DNA from: Clostridia bacterium
Lineage (GTDB): Bacteria; Bacillota; Clostridia; UMGS1883
Direction: 5' to 3'
Assembly: GCA_045591865.1 (NCBI GenBank)
Contig: JAZNTQ010000074.1
Location: 1-61,220, forward strand
Length of the DNA stretch: 61,220 bases
The notes under the pieces were generated by a model. It worked only from the letters and a program-made list of their open reading frames with translations, made no database searches and was not told the DNA's origin. The translations under genes were made by a program, and so were the position numbers. Within the stretch, counting starts at the first letter, position 1. The number at the start of each line of letters is the position of its first letter. This document shows positions 39,135 to 49,371 of this stretch, one piece after another.

Positions 39135-40814
39135 TTACATTTTTTCGGGAGCGCTTACGCCCAGGATATCAAGCACATTTTTAATAACCACTCTTGTACA
39201 TTCTATAAGCTTAAGACGTGCACACATAAGCTTTTCTTCTTCATCACGAACGCGGCAAGCGTTGTAGAAGGAATGGAAATGCGATGCAACATCAATAAGG
39301 TAATGTGTGAGATTGCTAGGGTCAAAGCTTACTGCACTTGCCTTTATTTCTTCGGGGAGGCGCGCAAGTGTGTGAAGAAGCTCTATCTCCTCATCTTTCT
39401 TAAGAAGCGACGCATCAATTTCGGAATATGAGGGCACTTTTACGCCACTTTCTTCAAGTATTCTGATAATTGAGCATATTCTCGCGTGTGCATACTGAAC
39501 GTAGAACACGGGGTTTTCATTTGTCTGGCTTACTGCAAGGTCAAGGTCAAAGTCCATATGACTACCTGCCGCACGCATATTGAAGAAGAAACGCGCTGCA
39601 TCTACGCCGATTTCGTCGATAAGGTCAGAGAGAGTAATCATCTTGCCCGTACGCTTACTCATACGCGCAATCTCGCCATTTCTCATAAGGCGCACAAGCT
39701 GAATTACAAGTACATCAAGCTTGTCACCGCTGATGCCTACCGCTTCCATAGCGCCTTTCATACGGGCGATATGTCCGTGGTGGTCTGCACCCCAGATATT
39801 TATTGCAAGGTCGAACTCTCTTTCCTCGAGCTTATTGCGGTGGTACGCAATATCGGCGGCAAAGTAGGTAGGAATACCATTTGCACGAACTAAAACATCG
39901 TCCTTTTCGCTTCCAAACTCGGTGGATTTAATCCAGAGAGCGCCATCTTTTTCATAAGTGATATTGCTCTTTTTAAGCTTTTCAAGAGTTTCTGTGACAC
40001 TTCCGCCATTATGGAGAGTGCTTTCATAGAACCACACATCGTAGTCGATTCTGTACTTTGCAAGAGTTTCCTGAAGAGCTTTGATATTAAGCGGAAGCGC
40101 ATATGCTACGAGCGCATCCTTTCTCTCCTGCTCATCTTTCTCAAGAAGAATATCGCCGAACTTGTTAATATAGTTCTGCGCGTGCTCACGAATATCGTCA
40201 CCCTGATAGCCGTCCTCGGGGAACTCTATTGCATCTTCTCCGCGAAGAATCTGGATATAGCGCGCAGAGAGGCTTCTGCCGAATTTATCAATCTGTGCAC
40301 CTGCATCGTTGATATAGAACTCTTTTGTTACATCCCAGCCTGCGCGGGAAAGAACGTTGCTCAAGGTATCGCCGAGGGCACCGCCACGGGCATTACCCAT
40401 ATGCATAGGTCCTGTGGGGTTGGCGCTTACGAATTCAACAACTACCTTCTTGCCCCCGCCTACATTCACATTACCGTAGCACTCCTGCTCTGCTTCGATT
40501 TCGGAAATTGTGTTATAAAGATAGCTTTTATCAAGATAGAAATTGATAAAGCCGGGGCCTGCAATTTCAATCTTTGTTGCTCCAAGCTCCTGCGCATCAA
40601 GATTTGCCACAATATTTTCTGCAATTGCACGTGGAGCACTCTTTGCTGCACGGGCAAGCATCATAGCGATATTTATTGCATAATCGCCATTTGCCTTATC
40701 CTTGGGTACCTCGATAACAAACTCGGGGATTTCTATCTCCCCGTATGCCTTTACTGCCGCATTTTTTGCCGCATTATATATCTGTGATTTCTTCATAGAA
40801 AACGTATTTGCCAT
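39135..40814 (-). CDS. argS: arginine--tRNA ligase
   Basis: SANPTGPMHMGNARG HIGH region, MSKRTG KMSKS variant. ATG 40814 with AAAGGAAG RBS. Confidence 0.95.
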   Translation of the reverse strand: MANTFSMKKSQIYNAAKNAAVKAYGEIEIPEFVIEVPKDKANGDYAINIAMMLARAAKSAPRAIAENIVANLDAQELGATKIEIAGPGFINFYLDKSYLYNTISEIEAEQECYGNVNVGGGKKVVVEFVSANPTGPMHMGNARGGALGDTLSNVLSRAGWDVTKEFYINDAGAQIDKFGRSLSARYIQILRGEDAIEFPEDGYQGDDIREHAQNYINKFGDILLEKDEQERKDALVAYALPLNIKALQETLAKYRIDYDVWFYESTLHNGGSVTETLEKLKKSNITYEKDGALWIKSTEFGSEKDDVLVRANGIPTYFAADIAYHRNKLEEREFDLAINIWGADHHGHIARMKGAMEAVGISGDKLDVLVIQLVRLMRNGEIARMSKRTGKMITLSDLIDEIGVDAARFFFNMRAAGSHMDFDLDLAVSQTNENPVFYVQYAHARICSIIRILEESGVKVPSYSEIDASLLKKDEEIELLHTLARLPEEIKASAVSFDPSNLTHYLIDVASHFHSFYNACRVRDEEEKLMCARLKLIECTRVVIKNVLDILGVSAPEKM

Positions 40815-40850
40815 GAAAATCTTCCTTTCATAAGTCTGTGACACAGACTT

Positions 40851-41270
40851 TTATGCTCTTACTGTAAGTGATATTCCGTTTCTCGAACGGGCAACATTAT
40901 TTATGTCCATTATATAATCAATATCAATATTTCCGCCGTTTTCATCAAGCGAAACTGAAATATCATTTGCAGTGACGCTGATTGTAAAATCTCCGTAGGG
41001 CGTTTCATAATGCCCGATATGGCACTTGCCTTTTTCAAAAATCATATGAGTATTTGTCTGTCCGTGGCGCATCATCGTCACAATTCCGTCGGGAGAGATT
41101 TTAAGGGTGGTGTGGCATTTGTCCATGCCTGAAAGGTCTCCCTCGGCATAGCTTAAATAGAACTTTCCATCCTTGTCATAGAACTTTCCTGCGGTGGTAA
41201 GCTCCATAGCGTCCTTATCAGTCCCGTAGTCCTGCGAGCCTTTTATTGATATGTAAACATCTTTTTTCAT
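40851..41270 (-). CDS. DUF1934 domain protein (YwiB-like)
   Basis: 139-aa beta-barrel-type sequence in the conserved position upstream of argS in Firmicutes. Confidence 0.8.
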   Translation of the reverse strand: MKKDVYISIKGSQDYGTDKDAMELTTAGKFYDKDGKFYLSYAEGDLSGMDKCHTTLKISPDGIVTMMRHGQTNTHMIFEKGKCHIGHYETPYGDFTISVTANDISVSLDENGGNIDIDYIMDINNVARSRNGISLTVRA

Positions 41271-42073
41271 TATCCTTTTGCCTCCGCCTTGTGTACCTTT
41301 GACTCAATCGGCTTGCCGAGGAATACCCCTCCCAGCTCAATGAAGCTTTCTACAGAGTCTGATACATAAAACTCGCTTTTACCCTCTTTCCTGTCTGAAA
41401 GAAGATTATTCTCCTCAAGATACTTTTTTGCGTCCTCCGCTGCGAGTGCACCCGGGCTTAAAAGCGCTACTCCCTCTCCCATTATATCGGATATGACCTT
41501 TTCGAGCAAGGGGTAATGTGTGCATCCCAAGATAAGAGTATCCACATTTTCATTTTTAAGGGGGATAAGGTAATCTTTTGCAATAAGGCGTGCCGCTTCG
41601 CTTTCGGCATAGCCGTTTTCCACAAGCGGAACAAACATCGGGCACGCATTTGCAAAAACCTTGATGTCGGGATTTATGGAATTTATAATCTCGGTATATT
41701 TTCCGCTTTTTATCGTCCCCGACGTGCCTATAACACCTATTCGACCCGTTTTGGTGACACTTACAGCCTTGTTGCAGGCGCTTTCAAGCACACCCATTAT
41801 TTTTACATCGTAGCTGTCCTTCACAAGAGGAAGGGCAACAGAGCTTGCAGTGCCGCAGGCTGCAATAATGAGCTTTATATCGTGTTTGAGCAAAAACTCT
41901 ATATCGTCTTTTGTATAGCGGATAATGGTCTCGGCACCCTTGTTGCCATAAGGGACACGCCCGGTGTCACCAAAATAGATGATATCCTCACCGGGCATAA
42001 TCCTCTGGATTTCTCTTACTGCGGTAAGTCCGCCAAGTCCACTATCAAAAACTCCGATAGGGTTGTTTTTCAT
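41270..42073 (-). CDS. murI: glutamate racemase
   Basis: IGVFDSGLGGLTA...IIACGTAS...LILGCTHYP. Confidence 0.9.
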   Translation of the reverse strand: MKNNPIGVFDSGLGGLTAVREIQRIMPGEDIIYFGDTGRVPYGNKGAETIIRYTKDDIEFLLKHDIKLIIAACGTASSVALPLVKDSYDVKIMGVLESACNKAVSVTKTGRIGVIGTSGTIKSGKYTEIINSINPDIKVFANACPMFVPLVENGYAESEAARLIAKDYLIPLKNENVDTLILGCTHYPLLEKVISDIMGEGVALLSPGALAAEDAKKYLEENNLLSDRKEGKSEFYVSDSVESFIELGGVFLGKPIESKVHKAEAKG

Positions 42074-42098
42074 AAAATCCGTCCTTCAAAAAATTATT

Positions 42099-43622
42099 TC
42101 AACCGATTAAGAGAGACTCGCCTGACATCTCGGCAGGCTTTTCTATTCCCATAATATCAAGAAGTGTGGGAGCTATATCCGCAAGGCGTCCGCCTCCGCG
42201 AAGCTCACATTCCTTACCTGCTACGATAAAGGGAACGGGGTTTGTAGTGTGCGCGGTAAATACGTCCTTTGTTTCTGGGTCAACCATCTGGTCGGCATTA
42301 CCATGGTCGGCAGTAACGCAAACTACGCCGCCCTTTGCACAAACTGCATCAATTACCTTGCCTACACACTGGTCAACTGTTTCAACTGCTTTTACTGCAC
42401 ATTCAAACACACCTGTGTGTCCTACCATATCGCAGTTGGCAAAGTTCAAGATAATAACATCGTATTTATCGCTCTCTATTCTTGCGAGTACTTCCTCTGT
42501 AACCTCGGGCGCGCTCATCTCGGGCTGAAGGTCGTAGGTTGCAACCTTGGGAGATGCAATAAGCGCACGGTCTTCGTTCTTGTAGGGAGCTTCAACGCCG
42601 CCGTTAAAGAAGAAGGTTACGTGAGCATACTTTTCTGTCTCGGCAATACGAAGCTGGCTATAGCCCTTTTCTGCAATATATTCGCCGAATGTATTTGTAA
42701 GTGACTCGGGCTTAAATGCCACATCAACATTGGGCATTTTAGCATCGTACTGGGTCATACATACGTAGTAAAGAGGGAAAAATCCTCTCTTTCTTTCAAA
42801 GCCTTCAAAATCAGCATCCACGAATGTGCGGGTTATTTCTCTTGCACGGTCAGGACGGAAATTGAAGCAGATTACGCTGTCGTTTTCACCAATTGTCGCA
42901 CCCTCGGTAACAACTGTGGGAACAACAAATTCGTCTGTGATACCATTGTCGTAGGACTTCTGCATAGCATCTACTGCATCAGAATTCTTTTCACCCTCGC
43001 CGTAAACGAGTGCGGCATATGCCTTTTCTACCCTTTCCCAACGGTTGTCGCGGTCCATAGCATAGTATCTGCCTGAAAGGACGCCGATTTTACCTACGCC
43101 GATTTCCTCCATTTTCTCTGTAAGTGCCTTTACAAATTCAATACCGCTTGTGGGAGAAACGTCGCGTCCGTCCATAAAGCCGTGAACGTAAACCTTTGTG
43201 AGATTATTTCTCTTTGCCATTTCAAGAGCTGCATAAAGATGAGTGATATGGCTGTGAACACCGCCATCAGACAAAAGTCCGAAAAGGTGAAGAGCACTGT
43301 CATTCTTCTTGCAGTTTTCAATAGCTTTTACGAAAGCGTCCTTTGTGAAAAAGTCGCCGTCGGAAATAGATTTTGTGATTCTTGTAAGCTCCTGATACAC
43401 GATTCTGCCTGCGCCTATATTTGTATGGCCTACTTCACTGTTACCCATCTGACCTTCGGGAAGACCTACGTCCATACCGCTGGCATTTATGAGTGTATTG
43501 GGGCATTCCTTAAGAAGCTTATCCATAACGGGGGTTTTTGCAGCGAAAACTGCGTTACCCTCGGTATTTTCGTTATAACCATAACCGTCGAGTATCATAA
43601 GCATTGTAAGTTTTTTAGTCAT
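42099..43622 (-). CDS. gpmI: 2,3-bisphosphoglycerate-independent phosphoglycerate mutase
   Basis: LMILDGYGY...GNSEVGHTNIGAGR..., 507 aa. Confidence 0.95.
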   Translation of the reverse strand: MTKKLTMLMILDGYGYNENTEGNAVFAAKTPVMDKLLKECPNTLINASGMDVGLPEGQMGNSEVGHTNIGAGRIVYQELTRITKSISDGDFFTKDAFVKAIENCKKNDSALHLFGLLSDGGVHSHITHLYAALEMAKRNNLTKVYVHGFMDGRDVSPTSGIEFVKALTEKMEEIGVGKIGVLSGRYYAMDRDNRWERVEKAYAALVYGEGEKNSDAVDAMQKSYDNGITDEFVVPTVVTEGATIGENDSVICFNFRPDRAREITRTFVDADFEGFERKRGFFPLYYVCMTQYDAKMPNVDVAFKPESLTNTFGEYIAEKGYSQLRIAETEKYAHVTFFFNGGVEAPYKNEDRALIASPKVATYDLQPEMSAPEVTEEVLARIESDKYDVIILNFANCDMVGHTGVFECAVKAVETVDQCVGKVIDAVCAKGGVVCVTADHGNADQMVDPETKDVFTAHTTNPVPFIVAGKECELRGGGRLADIAPTLLDIMGIEKPAEMSGESLLIG

Positions 43623-43687
43623 TTTGTTCTTCCTTTCCGTAAGCCAAGGGGAGCACAGGGATTCCCCCTGTGCTCCTCGGCTAGTTT

Positions 43688-44434
43688 TTACGCGTTGCAG
43701 ATGATTGAGAAGTCATCACACTTGAGACTTGCTCCGCCTACAAGGCCGCCGTCGATATCGCTCATAGCGAAAAGCTCCGCTGCACAGTCCTTGTTAACGC
43801 TGCCGCCGTAAAGGATACGGATGCTGTCTGCAGTTTCCTGATCGTAGATACCTGCAAGGCAAGCTCTGATATCTGCGCAAACTTCATTAGCCTGCTCGCT
43901 TGTAGCAACCTTGCCTGTACCGATTGCCCAGATTGGCTCGTAAGCAACAACAACCTTTACTGCGTCTTCCTTGGAAATTCCGCGGAAAGCAATCTTAATC
44001 TGGCTGCGGATGAAGTCAAATGTTACTGTATCTTCACGCTGCTTGAGAGACTCCCCGCAGCAAAGCACGGGAGTAAGCTCATACTTGAGCGCCTGAATAA
44101 CCTTTGCATTTACTGTGTCATCAGTTTCAGCAAAGTATTCTCTTCTTTCGCTGTGACCGATGATTACATATTCAACGCCGATTTCCTTAAGCATCTGTGC
44201 GCTGATTTCACCTGTGAATGCACCCTTGTCTTCAAAGTGAAGATTCTGTGCGCCGATTTTTATATTGCTGCCCTCTGCAGCCTTAACCGCTGCGGGGAGG
44301 CAAACAAAGGGAGTGCAGATAAGAACATCATTCTTTGCATCTGCTACCTTGCCGCGAAGCTCGGTAATCATAGCCTCTGTCTGCGAGGGAGTATTATTCA
44401 TTTTCCAGTTTCCTGCTGCGAGAATTTTTCTCAT
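43688..44434 (-). CDS. tpiA: triose-phosphate isomerase
   Basis: [13 protein letters not shown] start (ATG 44434). The track's 40-aa extension overlaps pgk and is not credible. Confidence 0.95.
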   Translation of the reverse strand: MRKILAAGNWKMNNTPSQTEAMITELRGKVADAKNDVLICTPFVCLPAAVKAAEGSNIKIGAQNLHFEDKGAFTGEISAQMLKEIGVEYVIIGHSERREYFAETDDTVNAKVIQALKYELTPVLCCGESLKQREDTVTFDFIRSQIKIAFRGISKEDAVKVVVAYEPIWAIGTGKVATSEQANEVCADIRACLAGIYDQETADSIRILYGGSVNKDCAAELFAMSDIDGGLVGGASLKCDDFSIICNA

Positions 44435-44498
44435 AATATATTCAATTCCTTTCATAAAACCTGTCTTTTGCGCTCTGGGTTTTTTAACACCCTGTGGA

Positions 44499-45680
44499 TT
44501 ATTTATCCTGAAGTGCAACAATACCGGGGAGTTCTTTTCCTTCGAGGAACTCAAGGCTTGCGCCGCCGCCTGTTGAGATATGGCTCATCTTGTCGCCAAG
44601 ACCTGCCTGGTTAACAGCTGCAACGCTGTCGCCGCCACCGATAACTGTTGTAGCATCGATCTCGGCAAGAACCTGTGCAATTGCATTTGTACCCTTTGCA
44701 AAGTTTTCCATTTCAAATACGCCCATAGGTCCGTTCCATACAACTGTCTTTGCACTCTTAACTGCGTTCCCGAAAAGCTCAATTGTCTTGGGTCCGATAT
44801 CAAGACCCTGCCAGCCTGCTTCGATTGAACCTTCTTCTACAACCTTGCTTTCAGCATCGTTATCAAATGCTGTTGCAACAACTGTGTCGATGGGAAGGAG
44901 AAGCTTATCTCCTGCCTTTGCCATCATTTCTTTTGCGTATTCGATATAGTCCTTTTCAAGAAGGCTGTCGCCTACCTCATAGCCCTTTGCAGCCATAAAT
45001 GTATAAGCCATACCGCCGCCGATGATGAGCTTGTCAACCTTGTCGAGAAGGTTTTCAATAACGCTGATTTTACTTGAAACCTTGCTTCCGCCAAGGATCG
45101 CAACGAGAGGACGAACGGGGTTATTTACTGCATTGCCGAGGAATTCGATTTCTTTCTGGATGAGGTAGCCGCAAACTGCAGGAAGATATTCTGTAACGCC
45201 TACTGTTGAGCAATGTGCTCTGTGAGCTGTACCAAATGCATCGTTAACAAAGATTTCTGCAAGAGAAGCAAGCTCCTTGCTGAAGGTTTCAACGTTCTTT
45301 GTTTCTTCTGCTCTGTAGCGTGTGTTCTGGAGAAGAACTACGTCGCCATCGTTCATTTCAGAAACTGCCTTCTTTGCATTTTCGCCAACAACGTTATCAT
45401 CGGCTGCGAAAACTACTTCCTTGCCAAGCTTCTCTGAAAGGCGCTTTGCTACGGGAGCAAGTGAGAACTCGGGTTTGGGCTCACCCTTGGGCTTACCCAT
45501 ATGTGAGCAAAGAATAACCTTTGCGCCGTTATCTGCAAGATATTTGATTGTGGGCATAGCGCCTACAATTCTGTTCTCGTCTGTGATATTGCCTTCCTTG
45601 TCAAGCGGAACGTTAAAGTCACATCTTACAAGGACCTTTTTGCCTTTTACCTGGATGTCTTCAATAGTCTTTTTGTTCAT
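44499..45680 (-). CDS. pgk: phosphoglycerate kinase
   Basis: [25 protein letters not shown] start (ATG 45680, GAGGTGA RBS). Confidence 0.95.
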   Translation of the reverse strand: MNKKTIEDIQVKGKKVLVRCDFNVPLDKEGNITDENRIVGAMPTIKYLADNGAKVILCSHMGKPKGEPKPEFSLAPVAKRLSEKLGKEVVFAADDNVVGENAKKAVSEMNDGDVVLLQNTRYRAEETKNVETFSKELASLAEIFVNDAFGTAHRAHCSTVGVTEYLPAVCGYLIQKEIEFLGNAVNNPVRPLVAILGGSKVSSKISVIENLLDKVDKLIIGGGMAYTFMAAKGYEVGDSLLEKDYIEYAKEMMAKAGDKLLLPIDTVVATAFDNDAESKVVEEGSIEAGWQGLDIGPKTIELFGNAVKSAKTVVWNGPMGVFEMENFAKGTNAIAQVLAEIDATTVIGGGDSVAAVNQAGLGDKMSHISTGGGASLEFLEGKELPGIVALQDK

Positions 45681-45832
45681 AAAAATCACCTCATAAAATA
45701 TATAAAAAATTATTACCATTTTACTGCATAGTATATTATATCATTATTTGGCTCAAATGCAAGTGTTTTTAGCTTAAAACCGCTTTTTTTTATGGTTTTT
45801 TCCTATTCTTCCCAAAAGGGAAAAATATACAC

Positions 45833-45863
45833 AAAAAATGCTCCCCGTTCGGAGAGCATTTTA
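45833..45863 (-). terminator. intrinsic terminator of the PepSY gene
   Basis: AATGCTCCCCG-TTC-GGAGAGCATT with an A-run on + (a T-run on the minus strand). Confidence 0.7.
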
Positions 45864-45871
45864 TTAAATTT

Positions 45872-46189
45872 TTAGTCGTAGATTGATTCCTTATCCATTT
45901 TTGTGATTTCACCGTTTTGGGTATCGATTTCAAACTCGTACTCCATATTGTCGTATATGATTTTTACATCGTATTCCCAACGCCCGTCGTCGCGCTCTTT
46001 CTTAAACTTCCTTATGTCCTTTTCGGTAGCACCCGGAACTTTTTCAAGTGCAATCTTTTTCGCCTGCTGCTCGCTTATTTCAGTAACTGCGGTCTGCTGA
46101 CCGTTGATGTTTTCGTCATTTGGCATCTGCCTTGCGCAAGAGCAGAAAAGAAGAACTGCAAGCGTAAGTGATAAAAATATTTTTTTCAT
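45872..46189 (-). CDS. PepSY-domain lipoprotein
   Basis: Lipobox LLFCSC; ISEQQAKKIALEKVPGA...WEYDVKI...YEFEIDTQNGEI. Confidence 0.7.
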   Translation of the reverse strand: MKKIFLSLTLAVLLFCSCARQMPNDENINGQQTAVTEISEQQAKKIALEKVPGATEKDIRKFKKERDDGRWEYDVKIIYDNMEYEFEIDTQNGEITKMDKESIYD

Positions 46190-46356
46190 AAACCTTTCTC
46201 CTTTCAGGATAAATTATAAGCATTTTAAGGAAAAATATTCAAAAAGAGGCAGAGTTCGTGCGGACTCCACCTTTATATTATTTTTATAAAACAAGCACGT
46301 AATATGAAAAATTCTGTGTATAATATAATCGACGAAAAAGCAGTATAAAAAGCTTT

Positions 46357-46692
46357 TCAAAGAAGTGCCATAACATTATAAAAATTCAAATCTTTTACCT
46401 TTTTTGCTATAGTAAACCAGTCTATAATGGTTAAAACACCACATAATCCGCCTGTCAAAAGCTTCAGTATACCCACACCTTTATCACCAATCAAAAATCT
46501 GTCTATTCCTAAAGCGCCTAAAAATATGGAAACTAAAAGTATTACCTTGGGGGATTTTAATTCTACGGTTGATAGCATCACAAACTTTTCTTCGTCCAAT
46601 GTTCTGAGCTTGTCCTTTAAGTACATAATCCTTTCTGCAGGGAAGTACTTCTGATTTGCCATAATGAACATATCGATTTTCTGCTGCTCCAT
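46357..46692 (-). CDS. TM2-domain membrane protein
   Basis: LLVSIFLGALGIDRFLIGDKGVGILKLLT is the TM2 signature. Confidence 0.75.
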   Translation of the reverse strand: MEQQKIDMFIMANQKYFPAERIMYLKDKLRTLDEEKFVMLSTVELKSPKVILLVSIFLGALGIDRFLIGDKGVGILKLLTGGLCGVLTIIDWFTIAKKVKDLNFYNVMALL

Positions 46693-46715
46693 TATACATC
46701 GCCTCGCATATTTTT

Positions 46716-46734
46716 TGACATTCAGTGAATGTCA
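46716..46734. promoter_or_regulatory. 19-bp perfect palindrome, candidate operator in a divergent promoter region
   Basis: TGACATTCA-G-TGAATGTCA overlapping a TTGACA -35-like hexamer. A second inverted repeat AGTCTA-N6-TAGACT lies 12 nt downstream. Confidence 0.4.
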
Positions 46735-46797
46735 TTTTGGTTAGTCTACCATGATAGACTTAATTTGTCAAGCACTAAATGTCAAAAGGTGATTTAA

Positions 46798-47043
46798 TTG
46801 TTTAAAAATAAATCAAAATCGGGTAAAAATAATATTTGCGGCGAGAAGATTTGTTTTTTAAGGAAAAATCAAATCCCTAAAATGTCGCAGCGTATTCTGG
46901 CCGAGAAGCTTCAACTATGCGGTATTGACGTTGATAAAAACGCAATTCAGCGAATTGAAAGCGGAGAGCGGTTTGTCACTGATATTGAGATAAAAGTGAT
47001 GGCAGAAATTTTTGGTATATCAGTTGACGAACTTCTCGGGTAA
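46798..47043 (+). CDS. XRE-family helix-turn-helix transcriptional regulator
   Basis: MSQRILAEKLQLCGIDVDKNAIQRIESGERFVTDIE. TTG start 5 nt after AAGGTGA. Confidence 0.75.
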   Translation: MFKNKSKSGKNNICGEKICFLRKNQIPKMSQRILAEKLQLCGIDVDKNAIQRIESGERFVTDIEIKVMAEIFGISVDELLG

Positions 47044-47063
47044 AAATACCAAATCCTTATAAG

Positions 47064-47105
47064 AAAAGCCTGAAGCAACCACGGTTGCTTCAGGCTTTGT
47101 TTTTT
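47064..47105. terminator. bidirectional intrinsic terminator
   Basis: AAAGCCTGAAGCAACC-ACG-GTTGCTTCAGGCTTT followed by a T-run, between convergent genes. Confidence 0.8.
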
Positions 47106-47108
47106 ATA

Positions 47109-49139
47109 TTATGCTTTTGAACTTTCGATAACCTTCTGTGCGATAGCTTCGGGAACTTCCTCGTATCTTTCAAAGGTAAATGTAAACTTACCTCTCGCAC
47201 GTGTCATACTGCGAAGGTCTGTCGCATATTTACACATTTCAGCTTCGGGAACTTCTGCTACTACTTCGCCAAGTCCGTCACCGATAGGATTCATACCGAG
47301 TATTCTGCCGCGGCGCTTATTGATATCGCCAATGATGTCTCCCATCAAATCCTCTGGCATAACAACCTCTAGATGGCCGATAGGTTCAAGAAGAACGGGG
47401 CTTGCCTGTGTGAGGCCATCCTTATATGCAATACCTGCGGCAACCTTGAATGCCATTTCAGAGGAGTCTACGGGGTGATAAGAACCATCCACAAGAACTG
47501 CTTTGAGTCCTACTACGGGGTATCCTGCAAGAACACCTTTTGTGATAGATTCCTGAAGTCCCTTTTCAACTGCGGGGAAGTAGTTCTTGGGAACTGCACC
47601 GCCGACAATCTTTTCTTCAAAGATAAGCTCTGTGCCGTCGTGACGTGAAAATTCAATCCAGACATCACCAAACTGACCGTGACCGCCTGACTGCTTCTTG
47701 TGTCTTCCCTGAACTTTAACACTCTTGCGGATAGTCTCACGGTATGCAATCTTGGGAGCCTTAAGCTCTACGCCTACGCCGAACTTTGTCTTTAACTTGC
47801 TTGTGATAACGTCAAGATGAAGCTCGCCTGTACCGGAGATTGTAAGCTCCTTTGTTTCTTTATTGTTTTTAACCTTGAATGTGGGGTCTTCCTCGCGAAG
47901 CTTTGAAAGACCTGCACTGATTTTTTCTTCATCGCCCTTCGCCTGGGGAATGATTGCCATTGTGATAGCAGGAGCAGGGAACTGAATTCCTTCAAGTTCT
48001 TCTGCGCCCTGTTTTGCAAGGGTGTCGCCTGTAAGTGTTACACCAAGCTTTGTAGCCGCACCGATGTCGCCTGCGCGAAGCTCGGGAACTTCAATCTGCT
48101 TTTTACCGCGGAGAACATAGAGCTTGCCGATTCTTTCACTTTCGCCCTTATTAACATTATAAACTGTTGAATCAGCCTTGAGCGTTCCGCCGTAAACACG
48201 GATAAGAGAAATCTTGCCGTAAGAGTCTGCAAGGGTTTTGAATACAACTGCGCTTAAGGGTGCCGCTGAATCTGCTTTTTCTGCCTCGACCGGAGAGGGA
48301 AGGTACTTAAGCATAGCGTCCATAAGAGAGCGTACTGCAAAGGTCTTTCCTGTGCAGTAGCCGCCGTAAACGGGAACTACCTGACCCTGCTTAACACTGC
48401 CCTTAAGAACTGCGCGCATTTCTTCGTCGGTAATAACATCGCCTGCGAAATATCTTTCAAGAAGCTCGTCGCTTGTAAGAGCAACTGCCTCAATAAGTGC
48501 ATCGTGATACTTATCGAAGGATGCTTTCATATTTTCGGGAATCGGGATTTCAGTTTCAACATCATTTTCAACCTTATACGCCTTACCGCTTACGATGTTG
48601 ACATAACCTGTCATTTCCTTGCCTTCCTTAATCGGAATTCTGAAAACAGCGGCGCTTGCACCGAATTTTTCGTGAATTTGTGCTACTACCTTGTCAAAAT
48701 CTGCACTTTCATCATCCATACAGTTGATGAACATCATACGAGCCATGCCGCGCTCGGTAGCATATTTCCATGCGTTCTCGGTACCTACCTTAACGCCGCT
48801 TTTCGCATTGATAACAATAAGTGCGCTTTCTGCAGCGCGGATACCTCCCATAGCCTCGCCAACAAAGTCAAAGTAACCGGGAGTATCAATGAGGTTAAGC
48901 TTTGAATCCGGTATTTTGGGAGTGTGCCAGATACAGGGCGCCATTGAAAGATTAACTGAAATTTTTCTTTTTACTTCCTCTGCGTCGTAGTCACTTACTG
49001 TAGTTCCGTCTGCAATTTTTCCGAATCTGTCGGATGCGCCGGCTTTATGTAATATCGCTTCAACAAGCGATGTCTTTCCTGCTCCGCCGTGTCCTAATAC
49101 TACTACATTTCTGATGTTTTCTCCACTAAATACATTCAT
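47109..49139 (-). CDS. elongation factor G family GTPase (stand-alone EF-G paralogue)
   Basis: IRNVVVLGHGGAGKTSLVEAIL G1, DTPGYFDF G3, EF-G domains II-V, 676 aa. Not in a str operon context. Confidence 0.85.
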   Translation of the reverse strand: MNVFSGENIRNVVVLGHGGAGKTSLVEAILHKAGASDRFGKIADGTTVSDYDAEEVKRKISVNLSMAPCIWHTPKIPDSKLNLIDTPGYFDFVGEAMGGIRAAESALIVINAKSGVKVGTENAWKYATERGMARMMFINCMDDESADFDKVVAQIHEKFGASAAVFRIPIKEGKEMTGYVNIVSGKAYKVENDVETEIPIPENMKASFDKYHDALIEAVALTSDELLERYFAGDVITDEEMRAVLKGSVKQGQVVPVYGGYCTGKTFAVRSLMDAMLKYLPSPVEAEKADSAAPLSAVVFKTLADSYGKISLIRVYGGTLKADSTVYNVNKGESERIGKLYVLRGKKQIEVPELRAGDIGAATKLGVTLTGDTLAKQGAEELEGIQFPAPAITMAIIPQAKGDEEKISAGLSKLREEDPTFKVKNNKETKELTISGTGELHLDVITSKLKTKFGVGVELKAPKIAYRETIRKSVKVQGRHKKQSGGHGQFGDVWIEFSRHDGTELIFEEKIVGGAVPKNYFPAVEKGLQESITKGVLAGYPVVGLKAVLVDGSYHPVDSSEMAFKVAAGIAYKDGLTQASPVLLEPIGHLEVVMPEDLMGDIIGDINKRRGRILGMNPIGDGLGEVVAEVPEAEMCKYATDLRSMTRARGKFTFTFERYEEVPEAIAQKVIESSKA

Positions 49140-49331
49140 TGCTTTAACCGCCTTTCTACGAAGCAGTAAAACCGCTTCGTTTCTCTATTAATCCGAAGTT
49201 AACTTCGTATATATAATTTTACTATAAATCTGTATTTATATATATCCGTATAATTCACAATATTTCATTTTTACTTTCGTCATTTTGCACAAAGGATTGC
49301 TGTTTTATTTCATATTTTTTGTTGTTTTGTC

Positions 49332-49371
49332 ACATAAAACAGCGTCGGAGAAGGTTCCCCGACGCCGTTTT
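49332..49371 (-). terminator. intrinsic terminator after the endolysin gene (prophage left edge)
   Basis: Read on the minus strand: GGCGTCGGGGAACCTTCTCCGACGCTG hairpin followed by TTTTAT. Confidence 0.7.
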
